A stretch of DNA of 64,000 nucleotides. Origin: Eledone cirrhosa (Eukaryota). The notes beneath the pieces were generated by a model. It was not told the origin of the DNA, did no database searches, and was given only the letters and a program-made list of their open reading frames with translations. The stretch covers positions 135,842,001-135,906,000 of the forward strand of contig OZ024744.1 in NCBI GenBank assembly GCA_964016885.1, given 5' to 3'. Every line of letters starts with the position of its first letter. Position 1 is the first letter of the stretch. Below, piece by piece: positions 12,401 to 24,900 of this stretch. A program made the translations under genes and the position numbers.

Positions 12401-15400
12401 ATGGGATGTGTATGGATGAAGTGAGAGGGAAACTAGGTATAAGAAGAATCAGATGTAGTGTGTAGGAGAAGAGACTGTTTGTATAGACATGTGATGTGTA
12501 TGGATGAACTGAGAGAGAAACTAGGTATAAGAAGAATCAGATGTAGTGTGTAGGAGAGCAGACTGTTTGTATAGACATGTGATGTGTATGGATGAACTGG
12601 GAGAGAAACTAGGTATAAGAGGAAACAGATGTAGGAGAGGTGATTGTGTTGGTATAGACATGGGATGTGTATAGATGAACTGAGAGAGAAACTAGGTTTA
12701 AGAGGAATCAGATGTAGGAGAGGAGACTGTGTTAGTAGAGACATGGAATGTGTATGGATGAACTGAGACAGAAACTAGGTATAAGAGGAATCAGATGTAG
12801 GAAAGGAGACTGTGTTAGTATAGACATGGGATGTGTATGGATGAACTGAGAGAGAAACTAGGTATAAGAGGAATCAGATGTAGGAGAGGAGACTGTTAGT
12901 ATAGACATGGGATGTGTATGGATGAACTGAGAGAGAAACTAGGTATAAGAGGAATCAGATGTAGGACAGGAGACTGTGTTGGTATAGACAGGGGATGTGT
13001 ATGGATGAACTAAGAAAGAAACTATGAATAACAGGAATCAGATGTAGTGTGTAGGAGAGGAGACTGTGTTGGTATAGACATGTGATGTGTATGGATGAAC
13101 TGAGAGAGAAACTAGTTATAAGAGGAATCAGATGTAGGAGAGGTGATTGTGTGGGTATAGACAGGGGATGTGTATAGATGAACTGAGAGAGAAACTAGGT
13201 TTAACAGGAATCAGATGTAGTGTGTATGAGAGGAGACTGTGTTGGTATAGATATGTGATGAACAGAGATAAACAAGGTATAAGAGGAATCAGATGTAGTG
13301 TGTAGGATAGGAGACTGTGTTTGTATAGACATGGGATGTGTATGGATGAACTGAGAGAGAAACTAGGTTTAAAAGGAATCAGATGTAGTGCGTAGGAGAG
13401 GAGACTGTGTTGGTATAGACATGTGATGTGTATGGATGAACTGAGAGAGAAACTAGTTATGAGAGGAATCAGATGTAGTGTGTAGGAGAGGTGACTGTGT
13501 TAGTATAGACATGTGATGTGTATAGATGAAGTGAGAGAGAAACTAGGTATAAGAAGAATCAGATGTAGTGTGTAGGAGAGGAGACTGTTTGTATAGACCT
13601 GTGATGTGTATGGATGAACTGAGAGAGAAACTAGGTATAAGAGGAATCAGATGTAGTGTGTAGGAGAGGAGACTATTTGTATAGACATGTGATGTGTATG
13701 GATGAACTGAGAGAGAAACTAGGTATAAGAGGAATCAGATGTAGGAGAGGACACTGTGTTGGTATAGACAGGGGATGTGTATGGATGAACTAAGAAAGAA
13801 ACTATGTATGACAGGAATCAGATGTAGTGTGTAGGAGAGGAGACCGTGTTTGTATAGACATGGGATGTGTATGGATGAACTGAGAGAGAAACTAGGTATA
13901 AGAGGAATCAGATGTAGTTTGTAGGGGAGGAGACTGTGTTTGTATAGACATGGGATGTGTATGGATGAACTAAGAAAGAAACTATGTATAACAGGAATCA
14001 GATGTAGTGTGTAGGAGAGGAGACTGTGTTGGTATAGACATGTGATGTGTATGGATGCACTAAGAGTGAAACTAGGTATAAGAGGAATCAGATGTAGTGT
14101 GTAGGAGAGAAGACTGTGTTTGTATAGACACGGGATGTGTATGGATGAACTGAGAGAGAAACTAGGTATAAGAGGAATCAGATGTAATGTGTAGGATAGG
14201 AGACTCTGTTTGTATAGACATGGGATGTGTATGGATGAACTGTGAGAGAAACTAGGTATAAGAGGAATCAGATATAGGAGAGGAGACTGTGTTGGTTTAG
14301 ACATGTGATGTGTATGGATGAACTGAGAGAGAAACTAGGTATAAGAGGAATCAGATGTAGGAGAGGAGACTGTGTTGGTATAGACATGTGATGTGTATGG
14401 ATGAACTGAGAGAGAAACTAGGTATAAGAGGAATCAGATATAGGAGAGGAGACTGTGTTGGTTTAGACATGTGATGTGTATGGATGAACTGAGAGAGAAA
14501 CTAGGTATAAGAGGAATCAGATGTAGGAGAGGAGACTGTGTTGGTATAGACATGTGATGTGTATGGATGAACTAAGAAAGAAACAATGTATAACAGGAAT
14601 CAGATGTACTGTGTAGGAGAGGAGACTGTGTTGGTATAGACATGTGATGAACTGAGAGAAAAACTATGTATAAGAGGAATCAGATGTAGTGTGTAGGAGA
14701 GGAGACTGTGTGGGTATAGACATGTGATGTGTATGGATGAGCTGAGAGATAAACTAGGTATAAGAGGAATCAGATGTAGTGTGTAGGAGAGGTGACTGTG
14801 TTAGTATAGACATCTGATGAACTGAGAGAGAAACTAGGTATAAGAGGAATCAGATGTAGTGTGTAGGAGAGGAGACTGTGTTGGTATAGACATGTGATGA
14901 ACAGAGATGAACTGAGAGAGAAACTAGGTATAAGAGGAATCAGATGTAGTGTGTAGGAGAGGAGACTGTGTTGGTATAGACATGTGATGAACAGAGATGA
15001 ACTGAGAGAGAAACTAGGTTTAAGAGGAATCAGATGTAGGAGAGGAGACTGTGTTTGTATAGACATGTGATGTGTATGGATGAACTGAGAGAGAAACTAG
15101 GTTTAAGAGGAATCAGATGTAGGAGAGGAGACTGTGTTAGTAGAGACATGGAATGTGTATGGATGAACTGAGAAAGAATCTAGGTATATGAGGAATCAGA
15201 TGTAGGAGAGGAGACTGTTAGTATAGACATGGGATGTGTATGGATGAACTGAGAGAGAAACTAGGTATAAGAGGAATCAGATGTAGGAGAGGAGACTGTG
15301 TTGGTATAGACATGTGATGTGTATGGATGAACTGAGAGAGAAACTAGGTATAAGAGGAATCAGATATAGTGTGTAGGAGAGGAGACTGTGTTGGTATAGA

Positions 15401-18400
15401 CATGTGATGTGTATAGATGAACTGAGAGAGAAACTAGTTATAAGAGGAATCAGATGTAGGAGAGGTGATTGTGTGTGTATAGACAGGGGATGTGTATAGA
15501 TGAACTGAGAGAGAAACTAGGTTTAACAGGAATCAGATGTAGTGTGTAGGAGAGGAGACTGTGTTGGTATAGACATGTGATGTGTATGGATGAACTGAGA
15601 GAGAAACTAGGTATAAGAGGAATCAGATGTAGTGTGTAGGAGAGGTGACTGTGTTAGTATAGACATGTGATGAACTGAGAGAGAAACTAGGTATAAGAGG
15701 AATCAGATGTAGTGTGTAGGAGAGGAGACTGTGTTGGTATAGACATGTGATGAACAGAGATGAACTGAGAGAGAAACTAGGTATAAGAGGAATCAGATGT
15801 AGTGTGTAGGAGAGGAGACTGTCTTTCTATAGACATGTGATGTGTATAGATGAATTGAGAGAGAAACTAGGTATAAGAGGAATCAGATGTAGTGTGTAGG
15901 AGAGGAGACTGTTTGTATAGACATGTGATGTGTATGGATGAACTGGGAGAGAAACTAGGTATAAGAGGAATCAGATGTAGGAGAGGTGATTGTGTTGGTA
16001 TAGACATGGGATGTGTATAGATGAACTGAGAGAGAAACTAGGTTTAAGAGGAATCAGATGTAGGAGAGGAGACTGTGTTTGTATAGACATGTGATGTGTA
16101 TGGATGAACTGAGAGAGAAACTAGGTTTAAGAGGAATTAGATGTAGTGTGTAGGAGAGGAGACTGTGTTGGTATAGACATGTGATGTGTATGGATGAACT
16201 GAGAAAGAAACTAGGTATAAGACGAATCAGATGTAGGAGAGGAGACTGTTAGTATAGACATGGGATGTGTATGGATGAACTGAGAGAGAAACTAGGTATA
16301 AGAGGAATCAGATGTAGGAGAGGAGACTGTGTTGGTATAGACATGTGATGTGTATGGATGAACTGAGAGAGAAACTAGGTATAAGAGGAATCAGATATAG
16401 TGTGTAGGAGAGGAGACTGTGTTGGTATAGACATGTGATGTGTATAGATGAACTGAGAGAGAAACTAGTTATAAGAGGAATCAGATGTAGGAGAGGTGAT
16501 TGTGTGGGTATAGACAGGGGATGTGTATAGATGAACTGAGAGAGAGACTAGGTTTAACCGGAATCAGATGTAGTGTGTAGGAGAGGAGACTGTGTTGGTA
16601 TAGACATGTGATGTGTATGGATGAACTGAGAGAGAAACTAGGTATAAGAGGAATCAGATGTAGTGTGTAGGAGAGGAGACTGTGTTGGTATAGACATGGG
16701 ATGTGTATGGATGAAGTGAGAGGGAAACTAGGTAGGAGAAGAATCAGATGTAGTGTGTAGGAGAGGAGACTGTTTGTATAGACATGTGATGTGTATGGAT
16801 GAACTGAGAGAGAAACTAGGTATAAGAGGAATCAGATGTAGTGTGTAGGAGAGGAGACTGTGTTGGTATAGACATATGATGTGTATGGATGAAGTGAGAG
16901 AGAAACTAGGTATGAGAAGAATCAGATGTAGTGTGTAGGAGAGGAGACTGTTTGTATAGACATGTGATGTGTATGGATGAACTGAGAGAGAAACTAGGTA
17001 TAAGAAGAATCAGATGTAGTGTGTAGGAGAGGAGACTGTTTGTATAGACATGTGATGTGTATGGATGAACTGGGAGAGAAACTAGGTATAAGAGGAATCA
17101 GATGTAGGAGAGGTGATTGTGTTGGTATAGACATGGGATGTGTATAGATGAACTGAGAGAGAAACTAGGTTTAAGAGGAATCAGATGTAGGAGAGGAGAC
17201 TGTGTTTGTATAGACATGTGATGTGTATGGATGAACTGAGAGAGAAACTAGGTTTAAGAGGAATCAGATGTAGGAGAGGAGACTGTGTTAGTAGAGACAT
17301 GGAATGTGTATGGATGAACTGAGAAAGAAACTAGGTATAAGACGAATCAGATGTAGGAGAGGAGACTGTTAGCATAGACATGGGATGTGTATGGATGAAC
17401 TGAGAGAGAAACTAGGTATAAGAGGAATCAGATGTAGGAGAGGAGACTGTGTTGGTATAGACATGTGATGTGTATGGATGAACTGAGAGAGAAACTAGGT
17501 ATAAGAGGAATCAGATATAGTGTGTAGGAGAGGAGACTGTGTTGGTATAGACATGTGATGTGTATAGATGAACTGAGAGAGAAACTAGTTATAAGAGGAA
17601 TCAGATGTAGGAGAGGTGATTGTGTGGGTATAGACAGGGGATGTGTATAGATGAACTGAGAGAGAAACTAGGTTTAACAGGAATCAGATGTAGGAGAGGA
17701 GACTGTTTGTATAGACATGTGATGTGTATGGATGAACTGAGAGAGAAACTAGGTATATATAGGAATCAGATGTAGTGTGTAGGAGAGGAGACTGTGTTGG
17801 TATAGACATGTGATGTGTATGGATGAACTGAGAGAGAAACTAGGTATAAGAGGAATCAGATGTAGTGTGTAGGAGAGGAGACTGTGTTGGTATAGACATG
17901 GGATGTGTATGGATGAAGTGAGAGGGAAACTAGGTATAACAGGAATCAGAGGTAGTGTGTAGGAGAGGAGACTGTGTTGGTATAGACATGTGATGTGTAA
18001 TGATGAACTGAGAGAGAAACTAGGTATAAGAGGAATCAGATGTAGTGTGTAGGATAGGAGACTGTGTTGGTATAGACATGTGATGTGTATGGATGAAATG
18101 AGAGAGAAACTAGGTATAAGAGGAATCAGATGTAGTGTGTAGGAGAGAAGACTGTGTTTGTATAGACATGGGATGTGTATGGATGAAGTGAGAGGGAAAC
18201 TAGGTATAAGAAGAATCAGATGTAGTGTGTAGGAGAGGAGACTGTTTGTATAGACATGTGATGTTTATGGATGAACTGAGAGAGAAACTAGGTATAAGAG
18301 GAATCAGATGTAGTGTGTAGGAGAGGAGACTGTGTTGGTATAGGCATGTGATGTGTATGGATAAACTGAGAGAGAAACTAGGTATAAGAGGAATCAGATG

Positions 18401-21400
18401 TAGTGTGTAGGAGAGGAGACTGTGTTGGTATAGACATATGATGTGTATGGATGAAGTGAGAGAGAAACTAGGTATGAGAAAAATCAGATGTAGTGTGTAG
18501 GAGAGGAGACTGTTTGTATAGACATGTGATGTGTATGGATGAACTGAGAGAGAAACTAGGTATAAGAAGAATCAGATGTAGTGTGTAGGAGAGGAGACTG
18601 TTTGTATAGACATGTGATATGTATGGATGAACTGGGAGAGAAACTAGGTATAAGAGGAATCAGATGTAGGAGAGGTGATTGTGTTGGTATAGACATGGGA
18701 TGCGTATAGATGAACTGAGAGAGAAACTAGGTTTAAGAGGAATCAGATGTAGGAGAGGAGACTGTGTTTGTATAGACATGTGATGTGTATGGATGAACTG
18801 AGAGAGAAACTAGGTTTAAGAGGAATCAGATGTAGGAGAGGAGACTGTGTTAGTAGAGACATGGAATGTGTATGGATGAACTGAGAAAGAATCTAGGTAT
18901 ATGAGGAATCAGATGTAGGAGAGGAGACTGTTAGTATAGACATGGGATGTGTATGGATGAACTGAGAGAGAAACTAGGTATAAGAGGAATCAGATGTAGG
19001 AGAGGAGACTGTGTTGGTATAGACATGTGATGTGTATGGATGAACTGAGAGAGAAACTAGGTATAAGAGGAATCAGATATAGTGTGTAGGAGAGGAGACT
19101 GTGTTGGTATAGACATGTGATGTGTATAGATGAACTGAGAGAGAAACTAGTTATAAGAGGAATCAGATGTAGGAGAGGTGATTGTGTGTGTATAGACAGG
19201 GGATGTGTATAGATGAACTGAGAGAGAAACTAGGTTTAACAGGAATCAGATGTAGTGTGTAGGAGAGGAGACTGTGTTGGTATAGACATGTGATGTGTAT
19301 GGATGAACTGAGAGAGAAACTAGGTATAAGAGGAATCAGATGTAGTGTGTAGGAGAGGTGACTGTGTTAGTATAGACATGTGATGAACTGAGAGAGAAAC
19401 TAGGTATAAGAGGAATCAGATGTAGTGTGTAGGAGAGGAGACTGTGTTGGTATAGACATGTGATGAACAGAGATGAACTGAGAGAGAAACTAGGTATAAG
19501 AGGAATCAGATGTAGTGTGTAGGAGAGGAGACTGTCTTTCTATAGACATGTGATGTGTATAGATGAATTGAGAGAGAAACTAGGTATAAGAGGAATCAGA
19601 TGTAGTGTGTAGGAGAGGAGACTGTTTGTATAGACATGTGATGTGTATGGATGAACTGGGAGAGAAACTAGGTATAAGAGGAATCAGATGTAGGAGAGGT
19701 GATTGTGTTGGTATAGACATGGGATGTGTATAGATGAACTGAGAGAGAAACTAGGTTTAAGAGGAATCAGATGTAGGAGAGGAGACTGTGTTTGTATAGA
19801 CATGTGATGTGTATGGATGAACTGAGAGAGAAACTAGGTTTAAGAGGAATTAGATGTAGTGTGTAGGAGAGGAGACTGTGTTGGTATAGACATGTGATGT
19901 GTATGGATGAACTGAAAAAGAAACTAGGTATAAGACGAATCAGATGTAGGAGAGGAGACTGTTAGTATAGACATGGGATGTGTATGGATGAACTGAGAGA
20001 GAAACTAGGTATAAGAGGAATCAGATGTAGGAGAGGAGACTGTGTTGGTATAGACATGTGATGTGTATGGATGAACTGAGAGAGAAACTAGGTATAAGAG
20101 GAATCAGATATAGTGTGTAGGAGAGGAGACTGTGTTGGTATAGACATGTGATGTGTATAGATGAACTGAGAGAGAAACTAGTTATAAGAGGAATCAGATG
20201 TAGGAGAGGTGATTGTGTGGGTATAGACAGGGGATGTGTATAGATGAACTGAGAGAGAAACTAGGTTTAACCGGAATCAGATGTGGTGTGTAGGAGAGGA
20301 GACTGTGTTGGTATAGACATGTGATGTGTATGGATGAACTGAGAGAGAAACTAGGTATAAGAGGAATCAGATGTAGTGTGTAGGAGAGGAGACTGTGTTG
20401 GTATAGACATGTGATGTGTATGGATGAAGTGAGAGAGAAACTAGGTATGAGAAGAATCAGATGTAGTGTGTAGGAGAGGAGACTGTTTGTATAGACATGT
20501 GATGTGTATGTATGAACTGGGAGAGAAACTAGGTATAAGAGGAATCAGATGTAGGAGAGGTGATTGTGTTGGTATAGACATGGGATATGTATAGATGAAC
20601 TGAGAGAGAAACTAGGTTTTAGAGGAATCAGATGTAGTGTGTAGGAGAGGAGACTGTGTTGGTATAGACATGTGATGTGTATGGATGAAGTGAGAGAGAA
20701 ACTAGGTATGAGAAGAATCAGATGTAGTGTGTAGGAGAGGAGACTGTGTTTGTATAGACATGTGATGTGTATGGATGAACTGAGAGAGAAACTAGGTTTA
20801 AGAGGAATCAGATGTAGTGTGTAGGAGAGGAGACTGTGTTGGTATAGACATGTGATGTGTATGGATGAAGTGAGAGAGAAACTAGGTATGAGAAGAATCA
20901 GATGTAGTGTGTAGGAGAGGAGACTGTGTTTGTATAGACATGTGATGTGTATGGATGAACTGAGAGAGAAACTAGGTTTAAGAGGAATCAGATGTAGGAG
21001 AGGAGACTGTGTTAGTAGAGACATGGAATGTGTATGGATGAACTGAGAAAGAAACTAGGTATAAGACGAATCAGATGTAGGAGAGGAGACTGTTAGTATA
21101 GACATGGGATGTGTATGGATGAACTGAGAGAGAAACTAGGTATAAGAGGAATCAGATGTAGGAGAGGAGACTGTGTTGGTATAGACATGTGATGTGTATG
21201 GATGAACTGAGAGAGAAACTAGGTATAAGAGGAATCAGATATAGTGTGTAGGAGAGGAGACTGTGTTGGTATAGACATGTGATGTGTATAGATGAACTGA
21301 GAGAGAAACTAGTTATAAGAGGAATCAGATGTAGGAGAGGTGATTGTGTGGGTATAGACAGGGGATGTGTATAGATGAACTGAGAGAGAAACTAGGTTTA

Positions 21401-24400
21401 ACAGGAATCAGATGTAGTGTGTAGGAGAGGAGACTGTGTTGGTATAGACATGTGATGTGTATGGATGAACTGAGAGAGAAACTAGGTATAAGAGGAATCA
21501 GATGTAGTGTGTAGGAGAGGAGACTGTGTTGGTATAGACATGTGATGTGTATGGATGAAGTGAGAGAGAAACTAGGTATGAGAAGAATCAGATGTAGTGT
21601 GTAGGAGAGGAGACTGTTTGTATCGACATGTGATGTGTATGTATGAACTGGGAGAGAAACTAGGTATAAGAGGAATCAGATGTAGGAGAGGTCATTGTGT
21701 TGGTATAGACATGGGATGTGTATAGATGAACTGAGAGAGAAACTAGGTTTAAGAGGAATCAGATGTAGGAGAGGAGACTGTGTTTGTATAGACATGTGAT
21801 GTGTATGGATGAACTGACAGAGAAACTAGGTATAAGAGGAATCAGATGTAGGAGAGGAGACTGTTAGTATAGACATGGGATGTGTATGGATGAACTGAGA
21901 GAGAAACTAGGTATAAGAGGAATCAGATGTAGGACAGGAGACTGTGTTGGTATAGACAGGGGATGTGTATGGATGAACTAAGAAAGAAACTATGAATAAC
22001 AGGAATCAGATGTAGTGTGTAGGAGAGGAGACTGTGTTTGTATAGACATGTGATGTGTATGGATAAACTGAGAGAGAAACTAGTTATAAGAGGAATCAGA
22101 TGTAGGAGAGGTGATTGTATGGGTATAGACAGGGGATGTGTATGGATGAACTGAGAGAGAAACTAGGTTTAACAGGAATCAGATGTAGCGTGTAGGAGAG
22201 GAGACTGTGTTGGTATAGACATGTGATGTGTATGGATGAACTGAGAGATAAACAAGGTAAAAGAGGAATCAGATGTAGTGTGTAGGAGAGGAGACTGTGT
22301 TGGTATAGATATGTGATGTGTATGGATGAACTGAGAGATAAACAAGGTAAAAGAGGAATCAGATGTAGTGTGTAGGAGAGGAGACTGTGTTGGTATAGAG
22401 ATGTGATGAACTGAGATAAACAAGGTATAAGAGGAATCAGATGTAGTGTGTAGGATAGGAGACTGTGTTTGTATAGACATGGGATGTGTATGGATGAACT
22501 GAGAGAGAAACTAGGTATAAGAGGAATCAGATATAGGAGAGGAGACTGTGTTGGTATAGACATGTGATGTGTATGGATGAACTGAGAGAGAAACTAGGTA
22601 TAAGAGGAATCAGATGTAGGAGAGGAGACTGTGTTGGTATAGACATGTGATGTGTATGGATGAACTGAGAGAGAAACTAGGTATAAGAGGAATCAGATGT
22701 AGGAGAGGAGACTGTGTTGGTATAGACATGTGATGTGTATGGATAAACTGAGAGAGAAACTAGGTATATATAGGAATCAGATGTAGTGTGTAGGAGAGGA
22801 GACTGTTTGTATAGACATGTGATGTGTATGGATGAACTGGGAGAGAAACTAGGTATAAGAGGAATCAGATGTAGGAGAGGTGATTGTGTTGGTATAGACA
22901 TGTGATGTGTATAGATGAACTGAGAGAGAAACTAGTTATAAGAGGAATCAGATGTAGGAGAGGAGACTGTTTGTATAGACATGTGATGTGTATGGATGAA
23001 CTGAGAGAGAAACTAGGTATATATAGGAATCAGATGTAGTGTGTAGGAGAGGAGACTGTGTTGGTATAGACATGTGATGTGTATGGATGAACTGAGAGAG
23101 AAACTAGGTATAAGAGGAATCAGATGTAGTGTGTAGGAGAGGAGACTGTGTTGGTATAGACATGTGATGTGTATGGATGAAGTGAGAGAGAAACTAGGTA
23201 TGAGAAGAATCAGATGTAGTGTGTAGGAGAGGAGACTGTTTGTATAGACATGTGATGTGTATGTATGAACTGGGAGAGAAACTAGGTATAAGAGGAATCA
23301 GATGTAGGAGAGGTGATTGTGTTGGTATAGACATGGGATGTGTATAGATGAACTGAGAGAGAAACTAGGTTTAAGAGGAATCAGATGTAGGAGAGGAGAC
23401 TGTGTTAGTAGAGACATGGAATGTGTATGGATGAACTGAGAGAGAAACTAGGTATAAGAGGAATCAGATGTAGGAGAGGAGACTGTGTTGGTATAGACAT
23501 GTGATGTGTATGGATGAACTGAGAGAGAAACTAGGTATAAGAGGAATCAGATGTAGTGTGTAGGAGAGGAGACTGTGTTGGTATAGACATGTGATGTGTA
23601 TGGATGAACTGAGAGAGAAACTAATTATAAGAGGGATCAGATGTAGGAGAGGTGATTGTTTGGGTATAGACATGGGAGGTGTATAGATGAACTGAGAGAG
23701 AAACTAGGTTTAACAGGAATCAGAGGTAGTGTGTAGGAGAGGAGACTGTGTTGGTATAGACATGTGATGTGTAATGATGAACTGAGAGAGAAACTAGGTA
23801 TAAGAGGAATCAGATGTAGTGTGTAGGATAGGAGACTGTGTTGGTATAGACATGTGATGTGTATGGATGAAATGAGAGAGAAACTAGGTATAAGAGGAAT
23901 CAGATGTAGTGTGTAGGAGAGAAGACTGTGTTTGTATAGACATGGGATGTGTATGGATGAAGTGAGAGGGAAACTAGGTATAAGAAGAATCAGATGTAGT
24001 GTGTAGGAGAGGAGACTGTTTGTATAGACATGTGATGTTTATGGATGAACTGAGAGAGAAACTAGGTATAAGAGGAATCAGATGTAGTGTGTAGGAGAGG
24101 AGACTGTGTTGGTATAGGCATGTGATGTGTATGGATAAACTGAGAGAGAAACTAGGTATAAGAGGAATCAGATGTAGTGTGTAGGAGAGGAGACTGTGTT
24201 GGTATAGACATATGATGTGTATGGATGAAGTGAGAGAGAAACTAGGTATGAGAAAAATCAGATGTAGTGTGTAGGAGAGGAGACTGTTTGTATAGACATG
24301 TGATGTGTATGGATGAACTGAGAGAGAAACTAGGTATAAGAAGAATCAGATGTAGTGTGTAGGAGAGGAGACTGTTTGTATAGACATGTGATATGTATGG

Positions 24401-24900
24401 ATGAACTGGGAGAGAAACTAGGTATAAGAGGAATCAGATGTAGGAGAGGTGATTGTGTTGGTATAGACATGGGATGCGTATAGATGAACTGAGAGAGAAA
24501 CTAGGTTTAAGAGGAATCAGATGTAGGAGAGGAGACTGTGTTTGTATAGACATGTGATGTGTATGGATGAACTGAGAGAGAAACTAGGTTTAAGAGGAAT
24601 CAGATGTAGGAGAGGAGACTGTGTTAGTAGAGACATGGAATGTGTATGGATGAACTGAGAAAGAATCTAGGTATATGAGGAATCAGATGTAGGAGAGGAG
24701 ACTGTTAGTATAGACATGGGATGTGTATGGATGAACTGAGAGAGAAACTAGGTATAAGAGGAATCAGATGTAGGAGAGGAGACTGTGTTGGTATAGACAT
24801 GTGATGTGTATGGATGAACTGAGAGAGAAACTAGGTATAAGAGGAATCAGATATAGTGTGTAGGAGAGGAGACTGTGTTGGTATAGACATGTGATGTGTA
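9390..24900 (+). repeat. Large tandem duplication, copy 1 (~15.5 kb)
   Basis: ORF pairs 12433/27767, 13735/29069, 14770/30104, 20545/35879, 22096/37430 and 23464/38798 are all offset by 15334. The CTGCGAG variant is at 9398 and 24912 (offset 15514). The breakpoint lies between ~8920 and 9398. Confidence 0.92.
15001..20410 (+). repeat. Internal ~1.7-kb non-adjacent repeat (15001-16698 vs 18714-20411, offset 3713 bp)
   Basis: GTCTTTC is at 15821/19534 and CCGG at 16558/20271. GAATTAGA and GAATTGAG variants are also shared. The pair is repeated in each large copy. Confidence 0.88.
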
